This document shows, piece after piece, positions 39,350-48,803 of a DNA stretch of 64,000 nucleotides. The position numbers were made by a program, and so were the translations under genes. The notes beneath the pieces were generated by a model. The model saw only the letters and a program-made list of their open reading frames with translations. It did not search any database and had not been told where the DNA came from. The DNA is from Puccinia triticina (lineage: Eukaryota), in contig CP110439.1 of assembly GCA_026914245.1 (NCBI GenBank), positions 8,370,001-8,434,000 on the forward strand, given 5' to 3'. The number at the start of each line of letters is the position of its first letter. Position 1 is the stretch's first letter.

Positions 39350-41281
39350 CTATACAGGAGCTATGCCTCGGCTGCAACGATCAGCAGCATGGAGCTGAGA
39401 GGTAAGAAGAGGCGGCACGGGATTGCTGGGCGGGTCGTGGCGGAGATGGATGTCCAAGATCGGATGATGAGCGTTAGCGAGGAGTTCGTAGGGGTCGTTT
39501 GGGCCCTCGAGCTCGTCGTTGCGGGAGCCGAAGAAGAAGTTCTGGAGGGCCCGGGTCCCCTCGGCCAGGTCGCTCCAAGGGGTATCATTAGGAACTTTGA
39601 GTTCGTCGTCATCGGTGCTCGTTTGGGGGTCCGAATGGTATGAAAGATTGTCCGTTAGACGTTGCTGCTGCTGCTGATTGTGGCGGGCGTCCCGGGTCGG
39701 CTTGTTGGACGCCTGTTGCGGCTGTTTACGTCTGTTCTTTTTGCGGGTGTTGTTTGATGCGGAGTTCATGCAATTATCTTGCGGCAGATGGTCGGCTGAC
39801 GACGCAGGCTCGTCCTGGAAGAAGTCAAACGCCTGGAGTCGACTGACACGCTCATGCACAGCTGCCGCTTCGTTTTCGAATCGGGTGTGGTGGTGGTGGT
39901 GGCTCTGTGGATGACCGACTGAGTTAGCCGAATAGCCTTGGTTGTTGGGCAGATGAGGCGTCTGGACATAGACTTGGTGGTGCTCGCGCGCAGGCTGGCC
40001 GATGGGTGTCAATAAATGGTTATTGGAAAGCCATGTGCGCATGTCACTATATACCCCAACATCATCGGCGGTCAGTGGTGAAACAAGTCTTGAAAGCGAA
40101 GAGTGAAGAGTGTCATGATTGCTTACTTGACAAAGGGCACTACCATGTAAAACTTGGCATGGGCACGCTGTGATTCAACCGTACTCGGGCATGAGACATT
40201 GATCATCTTGGAGAGTTGTTTGCTGCCAAGCGTGCTGTTAGAAGCGCTGAACGTAGGCAGGTCGGAGAGGGGGAACCAGGCTATTCGCTGGAAGATGATG
40301 AGAAGCTTTAGTATGCATGGATTTGTATGAATCCCTAGCAATCTACGAGCTTACGCCGATTTCCTGTCTGGTTTGGGTAGCAAATTTAGTATCGTTTGGT
40401 ATTCCGGTGACTAGGTACATGCGTAATCTCTGTTCACGAATGGTGATTTCGATAAAATGATCATCACCCTCCGAGTGAAGTGTGCAGTTCTGGTGGTGGG
40501 CTTTGTGTGATTGATTGGTTGAGCCGTTGGGCGTGGGATTGGTGGGGCGAGTCTTGCGGATAGCGGATAGTTTGCTGTCGTCACTCCAGGATGAGGGGAG
40601 GGAGAGATAAGGCTCGATGTTGAAGCCGGTCTCCTCTAGCACTTCTCGAACTGCACAATCTTTCGGCAGTTCGTTCTCGTTGATCTTCCCACGAGGGAAG
40701 GACCAGGATGAGTTGGATTTGAATCCACGAACAAGCAAGACTTGGGTGGCGTCTTCGTTGAACATGATTGCCCCACATACGGGCACCCTTTCCTTATATC
40801 TCATGAACTTTTCGTAAGCCGTCTTCCTGTGGGAGGGGAATCATGAAGAAGGTTAGACAGCTTGCAGCTCTTCGACTGATGCTGATGATCAATGAGTGGA
40901 TGCGTACGGATCCCAGCCGGCCAGAGGGGCTCCGTCGACGGTGAGGAAGTCGCATTTTTCGAAGAAGAGGCCGGTGAAGGTTTTGAGATGGTAGGAGGGT
41001 AGGTTGAGCAGGCTGTTGGGTCTGACGAAGTCTTCGTAGAACCAATGAGCCTGTTCGACCTGAAAGCAGACTCGTTCGATTTGGGAGAGTTCGACGATGG
41101 GTAGGTTAAGGATGAATCGGGAGGCAAGATCTTCAAGAACGTCTTCTAAGGGCATTCGACTAAATACAGAGGCGGAGGAGGCGATCGATGTGGCTGGGAG
41201 GGTGGCCGACGAGGACTGTCTGGGCTGCTGGTCAGATGGATGGCGGCTGTTGTTGTTGTGGGATGAGGGCTGGGATGGCAT
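39350..41281 (-). CDS. DCP2: mRNA decapping enzyme catalytic subunit, multi-exon
   Basis: Box A VLEDLASRFILNLP...ERVCFQVEQAHWFYEDF, Nudix box WSFPRGKINENELPKDCAVREVLEETG, KFYMVVPFV, disordered C-terminus. Confidence 0.93.
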
Positions 41282-42077
41282 GGTGGATGGGGGTGGTGGT
41301 CAACAGACGAGTGGGGGATGGTCAAGAAGAGAGATGGGTTGGTGGTGGTGGGTTTTGGACCTTGGTGGATGACGAAAGCCACTTCTTATCGCCAGTAGCT
41401 CACTCACACGGTCAACCCCGGGGGTGTCCAGGAAACAACACCTGCTTGGTTCACATCCCCCGTCCGTCCCATAAATCATCCAGCTCACCACAAAAACTAT
41501 CCTATGATCCTGCCAACGCTAAAACTACCTGTGCTCTCAAGCAGCTTCTCATGAATTTCTTTTGGCCAACGGACTAAGCTGGCTGCTTTCCTCCTACAGC
41601 TACATCCTCCAAGGCCGGCTCAATAGTTGGGAGCGATCAAATTTGACAATGATTATCTGCTTTCTTAGCTGAAAGTTATACTTAAGCACTATCCTCATGA
41701 GATCTCATTTCATTGTAAGTCCATTCTCCTTTCCATGTTTTGTGCAGAAAAAAGAGGAACAAACAAAAGAGGCACGTCATCAAAGATATAAATCCCAAAG
41801 AGACAGGAAAGCAGATGGACAAAAATGGCTTTAGTTATAGAGCAATAGTTGTCATAAGTGTTAACAGGTGAAATAGAAAACTCTCAGAAATTATACGTGG
41901 GCAAATGGTCCGAATCAAGCAACATATTGACCTGGAATTAATTAGAAAAATCTAAGGGACATGTTCTGGTCTAAATTTTTGGGCTGGGGCCATGCTTAAT
42001 GAGAATTTGTTAAAGACAGATAGACAGTACTTTTTATTCGATGAGGTTGATTGTTGATTTAGGTGATCGAAAGCAGG

Positions 42078-43190
42078 TTAGGATTGCAGGTTCGGATTGC
42101 AGGTCAGACAGTTGGCTTTCTCTGGAGAGGGCGAATAGCTCAAGATCGTATACCCACGCGGACGTTGACTGACCGGGTCGACTGGGATCATCGACTTGTA
42201 AAGAACCTCCAAATCGACCCAATAACTTGGATATTTAAATCTTGCGACGTCCAACACCAGCACTCGATTCTCCTTAGGTGAGTAGCCAGCAACCGGACTG
42301 AAGTGCCCGGTCCCTGTCTGACCTAAGCTCTCCCGACAGAAAGATACGACGAGGAAGGCAGATGATTGAGCAGTTATCTCAGCAACTTGCGAACGGAACT
42401 CTTGCAGGCCGGTTTGGTATCCTTCTGGGTCATCCTCTGGAGCTCCAATTGGCGGTGACTGGCTGGTGAAGGTGAGCCCGTTACGACGAGCCATACGGTT
42501 GAATTGCGCAAGGGTGACCCCGTTCTTGCGGATCGATTCAAGTGACTGCCAACTCTCTAACATCTCTTGATCATACCACCTCCAAGGATGTTTCCAGACC
42601 CGCTTTGGATCCACGCCTAGTGCATTCAAGACCGTACAGAGCGTAGCCAGACCACAAAACGCAGGTTCATTCTGAGTGACAAGTTGGGAAGCCAGCGGGA
42701 AGTATGATTCAAGATGACCTTCCGCCAATGCAGAACGAAAAAGATCTTTTCCTTCATCTGATGTAAACGACAGACAGCCCTCTGGTAATGGCCGTCGGTG
42801 GAATGAAAGGGTAAGGTCTGTTCCAGCAGTTGGTATTGGTAATCTTCTCAATTGATCATGGGCAATTCCGTTGTAAGATGGTGTTTGTATCTGGTTTGGG
42901 TGGGTGTCACTATGAGGGCCCTTCAATAATTCTATTTCGGGCTTTCTAACCGAGCTGCCTGTTGTCTGGCGGTGGTGATGGATATTGTTTTTGATGAGCT
43001 TGTTTGGTTGACCACCCAATTTCCCTCTTTTCGTATTAGGAACAAAAAATGATGACACGAACCCCCCTGTCGGATTCTCTACAGTTGTGATAGTCCTTTC
43101 ACCATTGAAAGACGCAATGCAACTAAAAATGATTGAGAAGAGGGACCACAAGCTTAAAAACAGGAATTGACAAAGCTTTGCAGGGTTCAT
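42078..43190 (-). CDS. PCS: Phytochelatin synthase-like protein, C-terminally truncated, with signal-peptide-like N-terminus (upstream in-frame ATGs at 43307 and 43295)
   Basis: Intronless ORF with QNEPAFCGLATL, WKHPWRWY, GHFSP and LDVARFKYP. Hydrophobic leader MNPAKLCQFLFLSLWSLFSIIFSCIASFNG. Confidence 0.88.
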   Translation of the reverse strand: MNPAKLCQFLFLSLWSLFSIIFSCIASFNGERTITTVENPTGGFVSSFFVPNTKRGKLGGQPNKLIKNNIHHHRQTTGSSVRKPEIELLKGPHSDTHPNQIQTPSYNGIAHDQLRRLPIPTAGTDLTLSFHRRPLPEGCLSFTSDEGKDLFRSALAEGHLESYFPLASQLVTQNEPAFCGLATLCTVLNALGVDPKRVWKHPWRWYDQEMLESWQSLESIRKNGVTLAQFNRMARRNGLTFTSQSPPIGAPEDDPEGYQTGLQEFRSQVAEITAQSSAFLVVSFCRESLGQTGTGHFSPVAGYSPKENRVLVLDVARFKYPSYWVDLEVLYKSMIPVDPVSQRPRGYTILSYSPSPEKANCLTCNPNLQS

Positions 43191-44103
43191 GAGGGACGTG
43201 ATTTTGAAAAGGCTTTGGAGATGGATACGTAAAAGACTTCTAGGAGAACCTGATTCGACGCAAATACTACGCTCCACCAAAATCCGGGAGACCATGGGCG
43301 GGTTCATCCTGTTACATACGGTCAGTGGAGTCGCAAACGCTGGTGAAACCAGGAAAACCCACAGAATCCGGCGACTACCGAAAACCCCCCAAAAGTCACC
43401 TTACAGGCCATCAGAGAGACCGGACCGGAGAAACATCACCGGACGGGTACCCATATACGAATCCCCAAGTATACGGCCGTGGCCCAAGAGATACAGCCTG
43501 GGAGAGAGGTTTTAGCCGCGTCGCAATGTTCAGAGATGTTTGAGTCATGATACTCCTTATCACAACTCCCTCGCTTCGGAGGGCCCTGGTACAGCCTGGG
43601 CTGGCACAAATCACGACCTCTTGTGCAGAGCCCGATGCGAAGCGTAACGGTACAATTTCACAAACATTAAATAACCAAACCATCTGAATGTTGCAACTCA
43701 AGTACTTACATCAGAGAGACTGAACCATGTCAATATCTGGAATGATAGTTTGGGAGTTGGTGAAAGATACCAGATTTGGAATCATCCAATTTTGTTTCGA
43801 GGGAAGGGCTCAACCTTACTTGCAAGTTGCTGGTGGAAGTTGATCAAGGAGTTTTCTCCAGCATGTGAAGCTTATTTGTCTAAATTCTGCCATTTACTTA
43901 ATACGACAGGAAGTTCTCCAGTAATCAAGCTCTTTTTTTAAACAAACATATCCGTTCTAACGAAGCGAGAGGCTAAAAAAACGGGTTTGCTTTTGCATCA
44001 AAAATTGTCTGAAATCTGTGGAAGAAATGGAAAAACGAAAGTTGCGAAAGACGATTTAGACCAAGAACTGGTGAAAATCCAATGATCAAGAACCGACGAC
44101 TGG

Positions 44104-45522
44104 TCAAGATGTTTTGCATTCACAGCGGTGCTCCTGAGGATGCTCGTGGTCGTTTTCCAGGGAACAGCATTCCCCAAGCGCGTGCAGCTGTGACCTCAGA
44201 TAGGCCAACTCGGGTTCGAGGAACTTGAGATCAAGGGGAAGTGGGTGGGATGGCAAGACAGCCAAAGCAAAGACGATTAAGAGCGGAGGGAGCTTTTCCG
44301 GATGATTGCCATCATCTAAAAGATGTGCAGAAGATGAGATCTGACCGAACAGACTTTCAGCTTCAGACTCAACACCAGGGCGAATCTCGATAGGATTGGG
44401 AATCTGAGCAAGGCTAGTGGAGATATAAGCATAGATTTTTTGGATGCCAACCGAAAGTGGCTCGGCCTTCACAGATTCGAGGATTGGGCTGAGTTCACGC
44501 GAGAGGATAGCCCACGAGGATTTGTTAAGATTGATTCTAGTGATCGAAGGCGGGTTAGGGTTACAGGTGAGACAGTTGGCTTTCTCGAGAAAGGGCGAAT
44601 AGCTCAAGATCGTATATCCACGTGGACGTTGACTAGCCGGATCGACTGGGATCATTGACTTGTAAAGATCCTCTAAACCGACCCAATAACTTGGATATTT
44701 AAATCTTGCGACGTCTAAAACCAGCACTCGATCCTCTTCAGGCGAGTAGCCAGCAACCGGACTGAAGTGCCCGGTCCCTGTCTGACCTAAGCTCGCCCGG
44801 CAGAAAGATACGACGAGGAAGGCAGATGATAGAGCGGTAATCTTGGCGAGCTGCGAGCGGAACTCTTTTAGGCCAGTTTGATATCCTATTGGATCATCCT
44901 CTGGAGCTCCTATGGGCGGTGATTGACTCTTTACGGCGAGACCATTACAACGAGCCAGGCAGTTAAACTCGGCGAGGGTGATTCCGTTCTTGCGTATAGA
45001 CTCGAGCGGGCGACAGCAGTCTAGCATGTCTTGCTCGAACCACCTCCAAGGGTGTTTCCAAACCCTCTTGGGATCCACGCCTAGTGCATTCAGAACCGTA
45101 CAGAGCGTAGCCAAGCCGCAAAACGAAGGTTCATGCTGAGTGACTAGTTGGGAAGCCAGTGGAAAGAATGATTCGAGATGGCCATCGGCGAGAGCTGAAC
45201 GAAAGAGAGCTTTCCCTCGATCGGATGTAAACGACAGACAACTCTCTGGTAATTGGCGCTGGTAGAATGAACGGGTAGGGTTGATGATCTCATGAGTCGA
45301 TTGATCTGATTTGTCTTCCGTCATTGAGTTGGAGTATACGATATGGTTCTGTGTGGACTGGTCAGTTGGGTTAATCGGTGTGCGGCTGTGGTTGATACCC
45401 TTCGTAAGCCTGATATCCTGGTGGCCTGTCGAGCAACAGCTTGCAGCGGAATAAGACCTGGGGATGGTATGATGGCTCGTCCCAAGTTTCGTCGTCGTTC
45501 TGAGAAAGATCGTTCGAAACAT
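44104..45522 (-). CDS. PCS: Phytochelatin synthase (glutathione gamma-glutamylcysteinyltransferase), full length, 472 aa
   Basis: Intronless ORF with QHEPSFCGLATL, MLDCC, FNCLARCNG, GHFSP, LDVARFKYP and a Cys/His-rich tail ECC...HEHPQEHRCEC. Confidence 0.93.
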   Translation of the reverse strand: MFRTIFLRTTTKLGTSHHTIPRSYSAASCCSTGHQDIRLTKGINHSRTPINPTDQSTQNHIVYSNSMTEDKSDQSTHEIINPTRSFYQRQLPESCLSFTSDRGKALFRSALADGHLESFFPLASQLVTQHEPSFCGLATLCTVLNALGVDPKRVWKHPWRWFEQDMLDCCRPLESIRKNGITLAEFNCLARCNGLAVKSQSPPIGAPEDDPIGYQTGLKEFRSQLAKITALSSAFLVVSFCRASLGQTGTGHFSPVAGYSPEEDRVLVLDVARFKYPSYWVGLEDLYKSMIPVDPASQRPRGYTILSYSPFLEKANCLTCNPNPPSITRINLNKSSWAILSRELSPILESVKAEPLSVGIQKIYAYISTSLAQIPNPIEIRPGVESEAESLFGQISSSAHLLDDGNHPEKLPPLLIVFALAVLPSHPLPLDLKFLEPELAYLRSQLHALGECCSLENDHEHPQEHRCECKTS

Positions 45523-46919
45523 CGGCCCAGTAGGAATTGCAAACTCCAGCCGGCCGCAGGAAACAGCATTAAAGTTTGCCCCTCGTGGGCTGCGACGCGG
45601 TCCACCGGACCAAACGAGGACGTTGCGGCAGCAAGGCAGACGTCGTGACTGAGCAGCCCATGGGCCTACCCTGCGCCACTTGCTTCTGGCCGGTTGTTTC
45701 GGATTTGTAGAACCTCAACCCCCAAAATATTTTATTTGAAAAACCTTTCTCACTTTAACCACCACTATTTATCTAACTTGTATGTAACATACATAACTCA
45801 GGATGCACGCCAACAGTTAGCACTGTGTCACGCCCCTTCTTTGGAGGCTTGCACTTGTGGGAGGCCTCAGAAGGAAGAACTGTTCATGTTTTTTGGTCAA
45901 ACCTTCAACATATTCTGGGAATTGAAATTCACTGTCCGGGGGCAATCAGATGGTTCAGATGCCACATGAGCTATGAATTTTGTCCCAGTATTTGCAGAAT
46001 TTAGAGATGTCTGAAATCTCCAGTCAAAGTGGCTTGAACTTTCAAGTGAAAGCCTAGCTTAACAAAGCCACTCAAAAGGAAGGTCTGGGGGACCACTCTC
46101 CATAGTAGAGGCTTATTAGTTATCTCTCAATTCCCAGAGGAGTAGCAGAAAGTATCTGCTAAAAAAATGCAAAAATGATATAACAAAAGAGCTGGATAGA
46201 CACATCTTGTAGCCAGAAAATGATTTCTGGAGTCACAAACAAATGGTCCCTCATTTGGAAATCTTACACATTCTTCAATTTCTGAAAAGATTCTTGAAGG
46301 CACACAGATAATGATAGAGAAAACATGACTAGGCCAAATTTTAGGGACAGTGATTTAAGGTACACTTGAAGCAGAACTTTGGAGAGGCTGGGGGGGGGGG
46401 GGGGGGGGGTGAGGGGGAGTTATAAAAAAATCAAAAACCTCCCAGCCAGAAAACTTTCTGCTCCCACATCAAATTTGCAATAATACACAAGTTGGGAGGA
46501 GTGGCTTTGCCTTCAACCACAGCAAGCCTCCCACCAGGGGGAACTTTTAAGTTTGGCCTTGAATGCTATGGTGATTCCCAATTTGTGTTGCTGAAAAATT
46601 CAAAAGGTGAACCCATTGATTAGGACAGCTCACAAGTGAAGGGAATCACTGCACATTAGCTAGGAGGGTTTACTGCACTACATCCAGGCATTCACATTTA
46701 TGTATTTGTTGGAAATTTTCAGGGCAAGTTAACCTGAGGTTTGATTTCAGAAATTCAGGCTAAGGCTAGCTAAAGTTTGCTGAAGCCTGGAATCAAGCCT
46801 GAGATTTGCTGACCCGGGGTTTTGCCCGGACCAATGCAATTGCCAGTTGGGTTAAGTTGCCAGAAATTGGCAATTTGCCTGAAGAATGTGAATGCTGTCT
46901 CTGCACGCGCGAAAACCCG

Positions 46920-47375
46920 AACTTAACAAAGTCCCTCTGCTGCTGGAGTGTGTCTTGCAAAGCAAGCCTCCGACAGCCCTCAGCAGGAGGGACTTGCGCG
47001 CTATTGCCCCTTCTTGGCGTGCCAAGAATCTGAGTTTGGCTGGGTGGAATTTGTGAAGCTTTATAATTCCCTCATGCCACCCGCAGAAATTCCACAAAAA
47101 TCCCCAAACAGCTGGAATTACAAGCAGTGTGCAACTTGACCGCTGCACCTTGCAGCTTGTGTGCACAATGAGTGGTTGTTTTTTTGTGTAGCTTTCTCTC
47201 AGAGGATGCTATCAGCCCTACAAGACCACAATTGTTCACCAGCTGTGAACATAACTGGAATCAAGATGGCATTCTTGCTGTGCCAATGTGGGGAGGTACG
47301 GTGAGTCCCTCCTGACGGAGGCTCGCTACGCGAGTTCAGCCTACCCCCCGGGGGCCCAAAGTCTCGAGGGACTGT
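46920..47375. mobile_element. Dispersed non-autonomous repeat; second copy in the same orientation at about 48665-49225
   Basis: Shared GCCTCCGACAGCCCTC.GCAGGAGGGACTTGCGC... and CCCAAAGTCT.GAGGGACT segments on both sides of RPS12. Confidence 0.6.
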
Positions 47376-47710
47376 GCGAAACCCCGATTTTGAGGTGGCC
47401 GAACAAAAAGGGGCATGCGGGCGGGCCGCGCGTTTGGGCTGGCCCAGTTAGGGCACAGGTCACGCAAGCCCCCGTCTCATCACCTTTGACCTAATCAACA
47501 CTCGCCCAGCCGATGTACCGGTGATCCGAATCCCGTTAGCAACTCCAGGCGTGATCAGATATTCGAACGAACACACCACACACACACTATCAGCTCCTTG
47601 AGGACGTAGACGGTCAGCTAACTAGGTTAGTGCATTCTACTGAGCCGATTCTTCGACATGGTCCTCAAATTTTAACGTTTCAAACAGAAGAAATTACTAC
47701 TTCAAACGAC

Positions 47711-48296
47711 ATGTCGGACGTAGAGGACGCACCAGTTGACATCCCCGCTGAGGAGGAGGTCGAGGTCACCAAGGAGGCGGATGCCCCTAAAGGTCAGATG
47801 AGTGTCGAAGATGCTCTCGTTAAAGTCCTAAAGACAGCCCTCGTAAGAATTTTTTCCTTCAGTATAATCAAATCTGCCTGCTGATATACAAAAGTTCGCA
47901 TTTCCAATCTTAGGTTCACGATGGTCTCGCCCGAGGTCTCAGAGAGGCCGCCAAGGCCCTCGACAAACGACAGGCCCATCTCTGCGTGCTCAACGAAGGT
48001 TGCACTGAAGAGGCTTATGTCAAACTGATCGAAGCACTCTGCTCTGAACACAAGATCAACCTCATCAAAGTCGGAGATGGAAAACTCCTCGGCGAATGGT
48101 GTGGTCTCTGCAAGGTAAGCTCATTTCAGCCCACCGGTCCTCGCCCCCAAGCGTTTACTAATCCACACTGCCTACCCAGATCGACCGAGACGGCACAGCT
48201 CGAAAGGTCGTTTCGTGCTCTTGTGTCGTAGTCAAAGAATTCGGACAAGAGTCGGAGGCTCTCAATGTTTTGCTTGATCACTTCGGTAGTCGTTAG
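47711..48296 (+). CDS. RPS12: 40S ribosomal protein S12 (eS12), 3 coding exons
   Basis: [41 protein letters not shown]...[31 protein letters not shown]. Canonical introns. Confidence 0.96.
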
Positions 48297-48704
48297 GTTG
48301 TATGGAGTCAAATGAAATGATATGTCACTCGGTGCAACGAAACCAGGATGTTTGTTACCGGAAGCGTAGCGGGAGGTCGGTCGAGTCCATGGGGACCGCC
48401 TAGCCAAACCCTGCACGCCCTAAGCCTCCAAACCTGCAAGATAAACCAATGTTTCTCATTACGTGCTTCAGGCCAGCGGCGGGCGCTTACATGGCAGTAT
48501 GAGGGGTCGAGCTCCGAGGATGCTCCTCGGAATCTTCCCTCAAGGTTTAGGGCTATCCCTCAGACTTCTACATTCCTCTCCAGCCAAGCTGTCTCGGAAG
48601 CTCGTCGTGTAGATCATCGTCCTCCCCGACAAAGACATTTATTTTTCTGAACCACCACGCCTGCGGGTGCGTGTCTCGCGAAGCGAGCCTCCGACAGCCC
48701 TCGG

Positions 48705-48803
48705 TGTTATGGCCTGGTGATATACCTCTCCGGGGGAGAGTTGATGCCCGCTACGATCATGTAGTCGGATGGTACCTTTTCTTCCTTCTCCGGGGTTTTT
48801 ACA
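48705..48803. mobile_element. 99-bp TG...CA insertion (miniature solo LTR)
   Basis: TGT...ACA ends and 5-bp TSD CTCGG. The empty site is visible in the paralogous repeat near 46975-46990. Confidence 0.75.
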
